Source of the DNA: Callorhinchus milii
Lineage: Eukaryota
NCBI RefSeq assembly: GCF_018977255.1
Contig: NW_024704746.1
Span: 56,606,001 to 56,670,000, forward strand
Length of the DNA: 64,000 bases
Direction: 5' to 3'
Position 1 is the first letter of the stretch, and every line of letters starts with the position of its first letter. This document shows, piece after piece, positions 12,314-23,681 of the stretch. The notes under the pieces were generated by a model. The model searched no databases. It was given only the letters and a program-made list of their open reading frames with translations, and had not been told where the DNA came from. Both the position numbers and the translations under genes were made by a program.

Positions 12314-12730
12314 GGTGTCAAGTGTAGCTCAGTGGTTAGAGCACTCGCCTCGCAAGCGAGAGACCTGGGTTCGATTCCCGGTAGAGCGAAATGTTGGGCA
12401 AGTTTCCTTATTCCACACACCTCTGTTTACCTAGCAGTAAGTAGGAGCCCGGTTGTTAGTCGATTGGCAGATTGCTTTTCCGGGGGTAATAATCCTTAAA
12501 AAAAATAATAATTTGGTTACTCAATCCACGATTGTTTGTGGGACACTGCTGTGCGCAATTGGTTGCCACGTTTCACCCACAAATATACAGTCAATTCACT
12601 TTACAGTATATTCTGTGAAGCGCTTTGGGACATCCTCCCGACGTGAAAAGCGCTATCTCAAATGCAAGGATTATTATTATTAAAAGTGCTATATCAAGTG
12701 CAAGGATTATTATCATTATTATTATTATTA
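12314..12730 (+). mobile_element. Full-length tRNA(Ala-like)-derived SINE with duplicated 3' tail
   Basis: A box tagctcagtggttag, B box ggttcgattcc, body ctgtgcgcaattggttgcc, tail caaatgcaagga(tta)n present twice. Confidence 0.92.
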
Positions 12731-13154
12731 AGCCCAGAGAATCTCTGAGGTGTTTTTCCACCCAATGCTGCTATTTATCAGCTATTATCAATGTTCCAAG
12801 TAAGTTCACTGAGCCTTAGGTTGTACTTAAACAGAAATTAAGTACATTTCATCAACTAATGACACCTGAACTATATTATTCCACTCAAAAGTCTTTCATG
12901 TACTACGGACCAAACCCTCTTTTTAAAGGTTTGGTTTAATAGAGCACGGGAATCAGTCAATCAGATAATAGATTAAACAGTAAATTGCAAACTTGCATCA
13001 ATAAGCAAACACCAACAGTTTAATGTCTCCTTGTTAGTGTTGTGTTGTAAATCAACAATAGAGTAAGCAAAGTACATCAAGAAAGGACAATGTGATTGCT
13101 TACATTAGTAGTAAACCAGAAAAGATCAAAGCCATGCACCCGCCACCACATTAC

Positions 13155-13291
13155 CTGAGAATATGAGCAACGAAGCTATTGTGGCTCTTGGCTGACCTGA
13201 CAGTGCTCTCCATGGAGGCAGTAGATTCACCGATGGTTGTGCGATACATTCGACCTTCATCTACGTATGTATTGTTACAGTTGAGCGACCG
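13155..13291 (-). CDS. CELSR1: CELSR1 exon, cytoplasmic tail (RSLNCNNTYVDEGRMYRTTIGESTASMESTVRSAKSHNSFVAHIL)
   Basis: tttccag|CGG...CTCAG|gtaatg; 137 nt; an internal in-frame donor would end the exon at 13197. Confidence 0.9.
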
Positions 13292-14064
13292 CTGGAAAAG
13301 AGCACAGAAGTTCATTCAATCCCGTAGTGCCACTTCTTAAGATCAGCCAGTGGCTTTTTGCCATCAAGCTCATGGGTAAAGCCACAGGATCCAATTACAG
13401 CACATGATACCTGTCACTCCATGCACTGAACTGGAACTGTAAGCGGTTACCTTCAGTTCTGTGGCATACACCACCATTCAGCGCTATGAGCAGAATTGCT
13501 CAGCTCTTTTCTGATAGCTTTACAATGGTCCATAATATAACCAATTTGATAAATGAGTTTCATCAAAGTAAATCAGAATTTATAAAGATGATCACCTTTC
13601 AATTAGAATTTGTTTGCTGTTGTACTATAAACCCTGAACCATTCTATAGTTCTAATCATTTCTATGGAAATGTATCCTTTATCCACATTAAAACAATGCA
13701 GGATCATCGCTGCAGTAAAGAGAATTAAAGCTACTCAGTGACATACCTGATCCTAGTTTAATATGAAGAGCCACTGAATAGTTTTTTTCACTCTGTGTGG
13801 TTCTGTCATTATGTTGATTCACTTCTTTTAAAAACCGCTTATTTAGTGACAACATTTGAATTAGTTTAAACAAAATGTTTCTTCTTAGACCCAAATTATA
13901 TGCATATTATTTGTTATAAAATGAAAACAAATAAAACTATGGAATGTGCTTACTGTAGCAGTGAATTATTGACAAATGGCTTTGGTCAGAGAGTAATTAC
14001 AGAACTTCATAATTAGGCTAGGAAGGTACGACATATGTTCACTTCCACAGTAACAGGAACTTAC

Positions 14065-14190
14065 TGATAAGACGGTGGTTCTGGTCAGGACTGTGTCATC
14101 AGGATGTGGTTTCTTTCCAGTGAATATGTTTGTTAGAGTTTTTCGAACTTCTTTGTCAAGGATACAGTGGCAGAAAAAAATGAAGAGTCC
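14065..14190 (-). CDS. CELSR1: CELSR1 exon, TM7 end and helix 8 (GLFIFFCHCILDKEVRKTLTNIFTGKKPHPDDTVLTRTTVLS)
   Basis: attttag|GGA...TCA|gtaagt; 126 nt. Confidence 0.94.
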
Positions 14191-14452
14191 CTAAAATCAG
14201 AAAGCAGTTCATTTGGGATGAATGATAACCAACTGAAAGGTTTCTTAAAAAGAATTACAACAAGGTTCAGTGACAGTTCAGGCACCATGTAGTGTGGTAC
14301 AGAACCATACATCAGGAAGATTACAGCCTTCTGAGTTAACCAATCAAGTTGAAGCATATAACTGGCCTGGTTTGGGGAATTTGAAGAGTAAATAATTCCA
14401 GGTTCCTGTTCCTACTCAAAAAAAATCAGTAACTACGAAATTCTGGAAAAGT

Positions 14453-14662
14453 GATAGAATCTTACAGCTCAAAAGGAGACCATTGTGCCTGTGCCGGTCC
14501 TTTGAAAGAGCTACCAACTAGTCCCTTTCCCCATAGCCTTGCAGTTTTTTCCTTTTCAAGTATACATATTCAATTCCCTTTTGAAAGTTATTATTGAATC
14601 TGCTTCCATCACCCTTTCAGGCAGTGCATTCCAGATCGTAACAACTCGCTGAGTAAAAAAAT
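14453..14662 (-). mobile_element. CR1 LINE 3' end fragment
   Basis: Colinear similarity to 52050-52280 (ctgtgccgg...ctttgaaa...accctttcaggca..g.attccagatc). Confidence 0.75.
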
Positions 14663-15587
14663 TGATCTAAGAATATTCCCTCAGAAATAATAAAACTGGC
14701 ACCTTAAGCATCCACACACCTCAGAGACCAAGTGCGTAGCAATAGTCCTAGTATACTGATAGCCAACACCTACCCTATTCCTGAATGCCTCTGTAAATCA
14801 ATTCATGTCACTGTAAATCAATGGGCAGTAAAGAGCAACTATTTTACTCTTCTTGCCTTATACCAATGGTTATAACATGATTAGTTTTTTAAAAAAAACT
14901 AGCCTTTGTGTCCCATTCTATAAATAGAATCCTTTGGAGGCACCAGAGGAATGTGACATTTAAACAATTCCTCACTATTTAACAGTCTGTTTAAGCATGA
15001 CTTGTGGAAATATATAAATGCACAGAAGCATTAACTTTCTCTCAGCAATTGCTGGATTCTTGTGAAAGTGATCTTAATTCTATGTGGCCCCTTACCAGCT
15101 ATCAAATTTAGTACCGATCAAAGGAATGCTGCTCAAGTAGTTGAGAAGGCTTAACAGTTATTAACATGTAAAACCACATAATAAATCAGTTTTCTGTAAG
15201 TGGATTGAATTATTTTTCTCATTATTTTCTCTTTCAATTGTTCTCTCTTTCTCCTCCTCTTCTAAAAATGCCTTACATGGACTCTATTCATCTCCGATAC
15301 CTGGCCTTGGTTATTTATGTGTTAGCATTGACACTGAGAGGTGGCAGCCTATTCAACCAGTGAAGACATCACAGCTGGTTCAAACCAAACATGCCACTTC
15401 TAGAGGGGCATGACTAAAATGAGCNAAAAAAAACTTTGATTCTCTCAAGCCAAATTTTCCAAGGTAACAGATAACAGAAGCGATGCCTGGGCAGAAACAT
15501 GAACTTTTAAATTGCCAAGTAATTGAATCAAATTTGTGTTTTTTTTTAAAAATTAAACATTTCTTAAGTATCAATATTATTTGTATT

Positions 15588-15742
15588 AATAATAATAACA
15601 ATAATGATCCTTATATTTGGTAAAGCACCTTTCACGTCAGGAGGGAGCTTCACAACACTTCACAGAATAAACTGTAAAGTGATGTGACTTGTGTTTTGAG
15701 GGTGAAGATGTCAGCTAATTTGCACACAGCAATGTCCCACAA
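15588..15742 (-). mobile_element. SINE 3' fragment
   Basis: (aat)n tail followed by ttcacagaataaactgtaaagtg...ctaatttgcacacagcaatgtcccacaaa. Confidence 0.75.
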
Positions 15743-16129
15743 AGAGCCATTCTTTGAACATGCTTTCCAAAACAATATACTCCAGTGGAAATGTTTCTTA
15801 GTTCAGTGACTAACAACATGAGAGATACAGATGAGTAAGAAGGATTACAACAGGTGCCAAGCACGCCAGGCTACCATGAGTTAATGTGAGCTCTGCATGA
15901 CTAAACTATGAATCAGCCTCTTCATTTCCAATATCAGAAAGCTGATTCATAACATTTCGGTTTCTCATTCATAAAATTCTATGCTGTTCATAAAATGTAT
16001 AACATGGGAGATTCTCATTAGAGGAACACACTTCCTCTCCAGTCACTGGGAGGTTAAACATGCTGAAACACATAGTTTTATTCCCCAGAGGGAATGGATA
16101 TTGATAGGGCTGCAGTTTTGTCATGGCAG

Positions 16130-16319
16130 TCGCCGGCCTTTCTCAAAGTTAATGCAGGAAATTCAAAGTGTTCTCACGAGGCAGATGCAAGCACACACAT
16201 GGCCTAATTGGAACAGGGAAGTGACTAGGCTGTGTGCGCATGTGCCGGTCTCTCTCAAGGTTAATGTGGGAAATTCAAACTATTCTCGCGATGCGAGCAC
16301 ACAGCCTAGCCACTTCCTG
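16130..16319. repeat. Compound direct plus inverted repeat (MITE-like remnant)
   Basis: Direct copies at 16130-16208 and 16243-16310; inverted arms at 16214-16241 and 16291-16319. Confidence 0.65.
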
Positions 16320-16679
16320 CATTCACAGGTAAGGTTTTTTTTTATATTACGGCTCGATTTAGACATTGGAAATGTTGGGAAGCATGAAGAGGTACAGTTG
16401 AATTTCCCAACCCATGACTTATCCCAACATTTTCCCATAAACTGTGTCATTCATTAAATTTACCGCAACTGCTTCAAGATTTTTGACACAACAACAACAC
16501 GATTACATTTGTATAGCGCCTTTCACGTCGGGAGGACATCCCAAAATGCCGGGCCAAATCTGTAGCCCTAATTATTTGGCATGGATGCAGCACAGCTCGA
16601 GCAACAATAGAGAGAGGGCTCAAACATGGATAGAAATTGTTTGTCCTGGTACACTGTCATACAACAGCTTTGATTTTAC

Positions 16680-16806
16680 CTGTAAACAGCTGAAGATGGC
16701 AAAGAGATAATGGAATGCCATAGTATCATTATTTACAGCCATTAACCCAAGCAGCCAAGTAGCACTGATCAGCAGCAGCAACAGAAAAGCTGTCCTCAGG
16801 CTGAAT
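16680..16806 (-). CDS. CELSR1: CELSR1 exon, TM6-TM7 (FSLRTAFLLLLLISATWLLGLMAVN...FSCLQ)
   Basis: ctttcag|ATTC...CAG|gtaaaa; 127 nt. Confidence 0.96.
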
Positions 16807-17254
16807 CTGAAAGGAACAAAAGCTTCAGTATTGATCCACAAAACTAGACCCTTCAGTTGGCTATAGTCAATCGAGGCAGTTTCTGTAGCTGGTCATGGCA
16901 CTGACTGCTAGAAAATCTATGGTTCAAAACATTCTCCTCACAGAGGGAGTTTGCTAAAGATTATCTACAGGTCTCTCTTTCTGTTTTCTTAATGGCCGTG
17001 ACTTTTATGCTTTTTTTTAAATATACACCCTCGGAAAGAAAAAGTTAACCGTCTGTAAAAAGTCAAAAAAAGAAAAACAAGTTCATGTACTAGTGTCACA
17101 GAGGTGACATGACTCTGTTTTGATCAGCCGGGCCCTGCACGGAAACCCATCGCCATGCTTGAGTGACCAAACGAGACCAAAAGATCCACACAGAGACATC
17201 ATCACTACATGACAGGAACATTTGCTCTATCCATTAACAATTACAGGGACTCTC

Positions 17255-17420
17255 TGGGGTCTAGGCTGCATAGTGCAATAAGCAAACAAACCCTTCACCT
17301 CTGGGGCTTGGGGTCAATTACATGTCAGACTGATGGGGCGAGGGTCTTATCTCTGGTGGCTGTATGGGTCCTATGCAGAGTGTACTTCAGACCAGCTCCT
17401 GGTAACAGTGGAGTAGATGA
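17255..17420 (+). mobile_element. Ancient LF-SINE-like relic
   Basis: cccttcacctctggggcttggggtcaat...ggctgtatgggtcctatg...cagaccagctcctgg resembles the remembered LF-SINE consensus; not verified by search. Confidence 0.45.
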
Positions 17421-18017
17421 TTGCCTATAATTTGCTTAAAGATTGATGCTGAGTGCTAAACGTAATTTTAATAATAATAATCTTTGCATTTGATATAGCG
17501 TCATTCAGATATCTCAAAGAGTTTCACAGAATGCATTGTGAACTAGATTGACTGTGTATTTTGTAGGCAAAATTTCATTCCTTAGCACTGATGCCCCACG
17601 GAAATATAAATCAAGAGGAACTGCAAATTGAAAAAAAATTCTCAAGTAGTGATAACATTAGATGCAGGAAACTAATCCAAAAGAAACCACAAAAGTGTAT
17701 ACGCATGCATAAAATCATGGAAATGTACCAAATTTCACTCAGCACCTGAAAGAGAAAGACAGGGTAATGTTTGGGTGTGACCCTTCATCAAACATTACCC
17801 CCCTTTTACCTTTCAAAAGACTTGCTTTGTAGTTTCAGGACCTCCTGATTTTATTGCACATTTCCACCAAACCCTTTTTTTTCTCTTTGCCTTATTTAGT
17901 GGTTACATGTTCATCTGATAATTTCACAAAGGCCCCACATGCTGCCTGGATCTAACCCAGTGCTCTCTCTTTCATTGCAGATTTCAAATTCGGAAATAAT
18001 ATTAAAAATAAACTTAC

Positions 18018-18097
18018 GTAACACCAGTCTTTTCAAAGGATCTGTGTCTGGGCCCACAAGATGCTTTAGCAGCTAGTATAAATATGATAATGTTTAC
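18018..18097 (-). CDS. CELSR1: CELSR1 exon, TM5 end and ICL3 (VNIIIFILAAKASCGPRHRSFEKTGV)
   Basis: ccttcag|GTAAAC...GTTAC|gtaagt; 80 nt. Confidence 0.93.
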
Positions 18098-18386
18098 CTG
18101 AAGGAGCAGAAATTAAAATTAAAAAACTTCCGATGTATTGCGCCATACCCAGAAAATACAACTTATATATAATATATAGTGCGTCTCAGAGTGCTAAACA
18201 GTGGTGAAACAACAAAAGCAGGGGCAACAAAGTATAAGCATTGTCATCTTTGGGAATATAGATACACCCAGTTCCAACACAGACTAACTGGTGGCACAAG
18301 CAATGGAAGAGTTTGAAAGAAAGAAGGAACTTCTTTCTTTCAAGATAAAGGTTTTACATATATGTCTTGATAAGAAGAATACTCAC

Positions 18387-18499
18387 AATGACCACTCCGC
18401 AGATGGGGCCAGCAAAACTCCAGATGAGTGTATCATGGACAGACAGCCAGCAAAAGTCAGGGTTCCCATATCCTTGTGGATCCAGCCCCATAGCCAGAC
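18387..18499 (-). CDS. CELSR1: CELSR1 exon, ECL2-TM5 (GLAMGLDPQGYGNPDFCWLSVHDTLIWSFAGPICGVVI)
   Basis: atttcag|GTCTG...ATT|gtgagt; 113 nt. Confidence 0.96.
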
Positions 18500-18880
18500 C
18501 TGAAATTAACACAAGGAGTGTTTTCTGGAGTTTACCACTTCCTCTTATTAAAAGCACCCGAGCCCTAAAAATCTCATGATGTTTGCCTTATGATCTTTCT
18601 TAAAATTTAAGATTGTGCAGAACTTTGGACAATTGAAATCAGTCTTAATGTGCAAAACAGTTTTCCAAAGGTCTTTTTGAACTTGAATGTTGGGTCTGGG
18701 GTCACACGTTGAACAGGCAGACATCCCCTCTCTCCCTTCACTCAACGTAACTTATTGTAGGTTGTACCTGAGAAAGTAGAAATACTTGAAACACCTTAAG
18801 TGCTTTTCCAGGCATTTACAGTTATCAACTCGTGTAATAATGTCTTCTGTTTAATACGGTTACCCCAGAGTAAAATGTAC

Positions 18881-19055
18881 CTGTTATAATGGCAGGAATT
18901 CCCCAGCCGATGGCATAGTAGAATCTCATTCGCCCGTAGTTCACATTCCTGACCTCGGTGAGCATGCGGTAAATGTGGAAACCCTCCACAAATGTCCAGG
19001 CAAATGTGCACATGTAGAAGTAATGGAGCAGGAAGGCGATCGCAGTGCAGACAAA
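18881..19055 (-). CDS. CELSR1: CELSR1 exon, TM3-TM4 (FVCTAIAFLLHYFYMCTFAW...GWGIPAIIT)
   Basis: ctgcag|TTT...ACAG|gtacat; 175 nt. Confidence 0.96.
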
Positions 19056-20677
19056 CTGCAGGAGAATAAACTCAATCAATGGTGACCAATCCTCAGTAAA
19101 CCTCAGCAACCTTATTATGCTGCTCTGTGTTCAAAACCCATTCCCCCCAACAGGAGGGAATTTAACTTTATACTGCAAACTGGACTTTCTTCTTTTGATA
19201 CCAACGATGTTAAAGTTGGAAGCAGCAGGCTGCTCCTATTAATGTCATGACTTTGCTCAATTGTCATTCAAAAGGGAAGCTTTAAACATCAATGTTTGCA
19301 ATTATCAGCTTTTAGTTAAAAAAGTTTAAAATGCAGATACAAATTATGCTGTTATCCAGGATCTATATAAATAAATTATTTTTTGAATTGGACATTTTAA
19401 TGATCTATGAAACAATCCATATAATACCAAACACTATACAATATTTGATGATCTAATACGGTAATATTTTATAAACTCCTCCAAATGTATCTTTTTTAAT
19501 AAGAGTAAAGTAGACTTGGACGAATGCTAAACACAAATTGTTATGAATGTTTTTCTTTCATATAAACAAGCAAATTTTTCACTGATAAAGTGTGGCACAG
19601 AATGTATCAGTCCCAAGTTACACATTGAATGTAGTTCTATTCAAATACTTTCACATTCCAGAGAATTAAGGCACCTACATTAACAAAGTATTATCCCACT
19701 GTTCATAATCCTCGCTTTTGATGTAGCACTTTTCACTTTGGGAGGACATCTCAAAATGCTTCACAGAATATACTGTAAAGTGCAATAACTGTGTATTTTT
19801 GTATCCAATCGCAGCAAGCAAACAACAAATCTACTTACACTTAACAGAACAAACAATGTTATCGACGGGTCTAAGCAAACATTCTTTTTTTTTCGGGATG
19901 GGAGGGGATAAAGAGAGAGAACATTCAAAAATGCACGATAAAGGGTTAAAAGGACAGCATGGCATGGATTTGTTGGGTCAAATGGCTAGTCTTCTTAAGA
20001 TATTATTCTATGTGACATAATAATGTACCTTGCAAAACCCTATCGGACAAGAGGAGGCTTCGGTGACATAGCACAACACTAAGCGTGTTGGATCCTAACA
20101 AAGTGGAAGTAGTTTGTATTGAGGTGGATAAAATGCAAGGTCTATTAGACCTGCTCCGTGGTTAACTTTTCCAGAAAATGAATCATGGTAAAACTCCACT
20201 GGTAAAACTCCACTCCAAAGCCCTGCCCTTTTACAGCCCACCAAATGGGTAATGTGTAAACAACTCAGAATGTGGTTTACTTTGCTTCTAGAGGTATTTT
20301 GGCTAAATTATTGTGTGAATTATTAACATTCAACAGCTCATGAATATTGTAAATGGTGGATAGTTAGCAGTTTGGAAGCAAACACCAAAGGACTGGATTG
20401 GTGGAACCATATTTTGAGTGAGCATCTTATGCACATTGTCAGATGCACATCAAACACTCACATATTATCCAGCAGAAAGATCACGCAAGTTGACTTAATA
20501 AGTGTTCCTTTCTGCTCATCTGTCAAGCAGCCCTTTTGATCTGTCCTTCACTTGCATTGGCAGTATGTTTACACTAGGTGTTGCTGTTGTTTTTTCCCCC
20601 CTGGAACTGTCACCAGTTGCTAAGATATCTTGATGGATTTCAATTTATTTTGGAAGTTCTTTGAATTGCAGTCTAGT

Positions 20678-20810
20678 TCCTCCAATGGCCCAGTGGGTCC
20701 TGCATAGTGTAGCCTAAGTTTGAGGCTATGGGTTCAAATCTGGGTTAGCTGATTTTAGCCAAGCCAGGAGTTAGGGCGCAACAGTTGCCATCTCAATATC
20801 CAGGGATTAA
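20678..20810 (+). mobile_element. Ancient AmnSINE2-like relic
   Basis: gttagctgattttagccaagccaggagttagggcgcaacagttgcc resembles remembered consensus and the reverse complement of 25880-25980. Confidence 0.4.
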
Positions 20811-21060
20811 TGGTATATTTTACTGCAGATAATAATTATCCTTGCATTTGATACAACGTCTTGTCAAGTCATTGAGATGATAGAACCGTACAAATTTAAA
20901 GCACAGAAGAAGGTCGTTCGGTCCATCGTGTCTCAATGTGTTTCAAAGAAATTTTGCTGTGAAATGCAAACTGTGTATTCTGTACATGACACGATGCAGT
21001 TGACACTGAATTCTTGGAAATTACCAAGGAAAACAGTATTAAGGAAATTTAAACACTTAC

Positions 21061-21261
21061 TGGATTATCGGTTTGATTAATTCCAATGAGGAACACAAGC
21101 TCAGAGAAGAAGAGAGCGGCTACCAGGTTTTTGTGGATATCATGAAGGTTTGAGCGCAGGATTCGGACAAGGACGAGGAACAAGAATGTGACAAACAAAG
21201 CGAACAAGGAGATTGAGACGGTGGTGTATGTGACAATCTTCAATGGCAACACCTCACCGTG
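21061..21261 (-). CDS. CELSR1: CELSR1 exon, TM1-TM2 (HGEVLPLKIVTY...GINQTDNP)
   Basis: ttttcag|CAC...CCA|gtaagt; 201 nt. Confidence 0.96.
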
Positions 21262-22092
21262 CTGAAAAACAAAACAAAAATATCACACTTATTCGTATTA
21301 GTATTACAGGCACAGTGGGACACAGAGATAGATACAGGCAGCATACTTGTGACTCATGCATTACATGAACAAATAGCTAATAAAACTCCTAAGAAAAAGT
21401 CCATATGTGCAAGTCTGTAAATAGAGGGTAATGTTCAGAAGCTATCAAAGATGAGTACTAGTGACAGGCACCTTCATTCCCACAAGCCGTAGCAATACAG
21501 GAACCCAGATGTTGCTGTATTACTACTCTACCCCCCTCCGACTTCACTCAATGCTGTGACCGTGGGAACCTTGAATCCTCATTAGTTTTCCATTGCCATT
21601 AGTGAAGTCTGTCAGACAAACACTCCTTTCACTGGATAGAAAAACGAGGCAGACAATTACATGAATGGTCTAAAAAAGTAAAATAACTATCTAATGCCCA
21701 TTATTAAAATACTGAGAACTTCAGGATGTATTAAATTTTCATATCAATCACAAATGCTTTTATGTAAGAGCATTCTCATTTCTAGTGAGTGCTGAGAGCT
21801 GCAGTGTATGTGTTGAGGCTTGACACACTTTCATCCACAATATCAATTTTACTGTAATAAAATATTACCAATAGACAAAGAAACGGCTGCTGCAGGCTAT
21901 GTATTTTTTTTAGCCTGCTCAGGTCCTACAAATTACTCTTATTCTTGGCAAATGAGCTGAAAGGAGAGATGTGTCTCTGCCCATGTTTAATCAGTGGTAA
22001 TTGTGTTCGATAAACTGGAAAATCTCAATTGTCCTGCTTTGGGGCACAATGGAAGCTTTATATGTCTGATCATGTGATAAGTTCTAACTCAC

Positions 22093-22219
22093 CTCTCGCT
22101 TGGAGATATCCATTAGCACTGCGAAGCTGCTCATGTGATTGCACTGGCAGCTGATATGGGTTTTGTTTCTGAGGACCAGTTCACACCCTCTGGAGGACCA
22201 TCCTCCTGTTCCTCCAATC
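22093..22219 (-). CDS. CELSR1: CELSR1 exon, GPS motif and tethered-agonist segment ([42 protein letters not shown])
   Basis: ttgacag|GATT...GAG|gtgagt; 127 nt; W...GC...CxCxH GPS signature. Confidence 0.96.
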
Positions 22220-22551
22220 CTGTCAAAGGGAAGAAATGAAAGGATTTACAACAGAGTCAAGAAGCACTGGTTTGGTTTTGAACTGAACAGCTGTGAATCT
22301 TCTAAATTATTTGTTTTATCTGGTCTAGAGATACACATTCCCAATACCATCTGTTTATTTAATTTTTTTTCCTTTGAAAGTCAAGTTAATTATTTTTGAG
22401 CTTTAAGTAATTTTATGGAAAATAGAACTGTCTATTTATTGAAGGGACAAAAGTTGCCACAATTGATTTTACCAATTTGCTTGCTCAATGTCCTCACTAA
22501 GCTGATCAAGGAATAGAGAGCACTTGCATCACACAGAGAATAGTTTATAAA

Positions 22552-22980
22552 ATACAAAATTACATTTGTAAAGCTCCTTTCACGTTGGTAGGAGGTCCCA
22601 AGGTGCTGAACAGTCAGGGATTAGGGATTAGGACCCGAATGGGGTGTTGGAGGGCAGAGAGAGCAGCCGAAGGCACGGTTGAAGAGGAGGGTCTTGAGGC
22701 GTGCCCTGAAGAAGGCAAGGGAGGGAGCGATGCAAAGGGAATGTGAAATGGAGTTCCAGAGGGTGGGGGCAGAGAGGCTGAAGGCCTGCCTGCTGGTGGT
22801 GGAGCGGGCCGGGCGGGGAACTTGGAGCAGGCTGGAGCCTACTGAGCGGAGGGAGCAGACAGATTGATAAGGTCAGAGAGGTAGGAGGGGGCAATGCCAT
22901 GGAGGGCCTTGAAGGTGAGGACGAGGATTTTGAACTCGATTCTCTGAGGGATGAGGAGTCAGTGGATTTGGGCGAGGGTG
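22552..22980 (-). mobile_element. L2 LINE 3' fragment
   Basis: Colinear with 5640-6090; same 3' tail. Confidence 0.9.
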
Positions 22981-23513
22981 AAAATAATGATATAATTAAT
23001 TTGGCCCATTAAGCTGGTTCCTTCCACAAACAGCACATCTTGTACTACTGTGGACAGGCCTCTTCTACTAATTCCTGGGGTAAAGTTCTGTATTGATACT
23101 TCCTGATCTCCAAAGATACTCCCAAAGATAATGAAGCTAAAATTCTACTTATGTCCTGGAACCACCTTTATTACCATTCTCTAATACAATGATGCCCTTT
23201 TAAATGGGTGCCTACAAATGTTCATAAAATTGTTTTGAAGTACCTTTGAGACACATGGCATTGCTTGGGACCTTTCTTGATCAGTTTCAAATGGACCTAA
23301 AATCTTTCAGTGACTGGACAATTATCTTTTTTTCCGGAGTTAAATCAAAACCCTCCTGTCTTGCATTTTAAATCAATTGTCTGCTGGCAAATATGCATTA
23401 AGAAGAACATTTAACCTTTTATATATATCAGATAATTTGCACAATGCTTAGCTGATCAGTTCAACAAATTCCATAGAGAAAAATAAAAGACAATGGTTTT
23501 CTGTTCCACTTAC

Positions 23514-23681
23514 ACCAGAGTGTGGTTCCAGAACACACACAGAGGTTTAGACCTTTCCTCAGTCACAAACAAACGATAATTTAGTGTAATGGGCTTCTCG
23601 AGCTGCGGGGGCAAAAGCTGGTCTTCAGTGTAAACAGTAGCACTTATGATGGGTGTGTTTATGACTGGCCGGTTGGGTACT
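23514..23681 (-). CDS. CELSR1: CELSR1 exon, GAIN (VPNRPVINTPIISAT...ERSKPLCVFWNHTL)
   Basis: tcttcag|AGTA...CTGGT|gtaagt; 168 nt. Confidence 0.95.

Noticed and set aside
12322-12385. tRNA-Ala-like sequence with A and B boxes and CGC anticodon loop
   Set aside because: No acceptor stem or terminator; it is the head of a SINE present in at least six copies in the window
15425-15425. Single ambiguous base n
   Set aside because: Assembly ambiguity beside a poly-A run in an intron; no biological inference possible
15981-16457. 158-aa plus-strand ORF
   Set aside because: No recognisable domain; it crosses a repeat module and is probably a chance open frame
18092-18100. cag|GTAAAC exon start as a recursive or dual-specificity splice site
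   Set aside because: The flanking intron is short, the reconstituted donor is weak, and the bases are explained by Val-Asn codons
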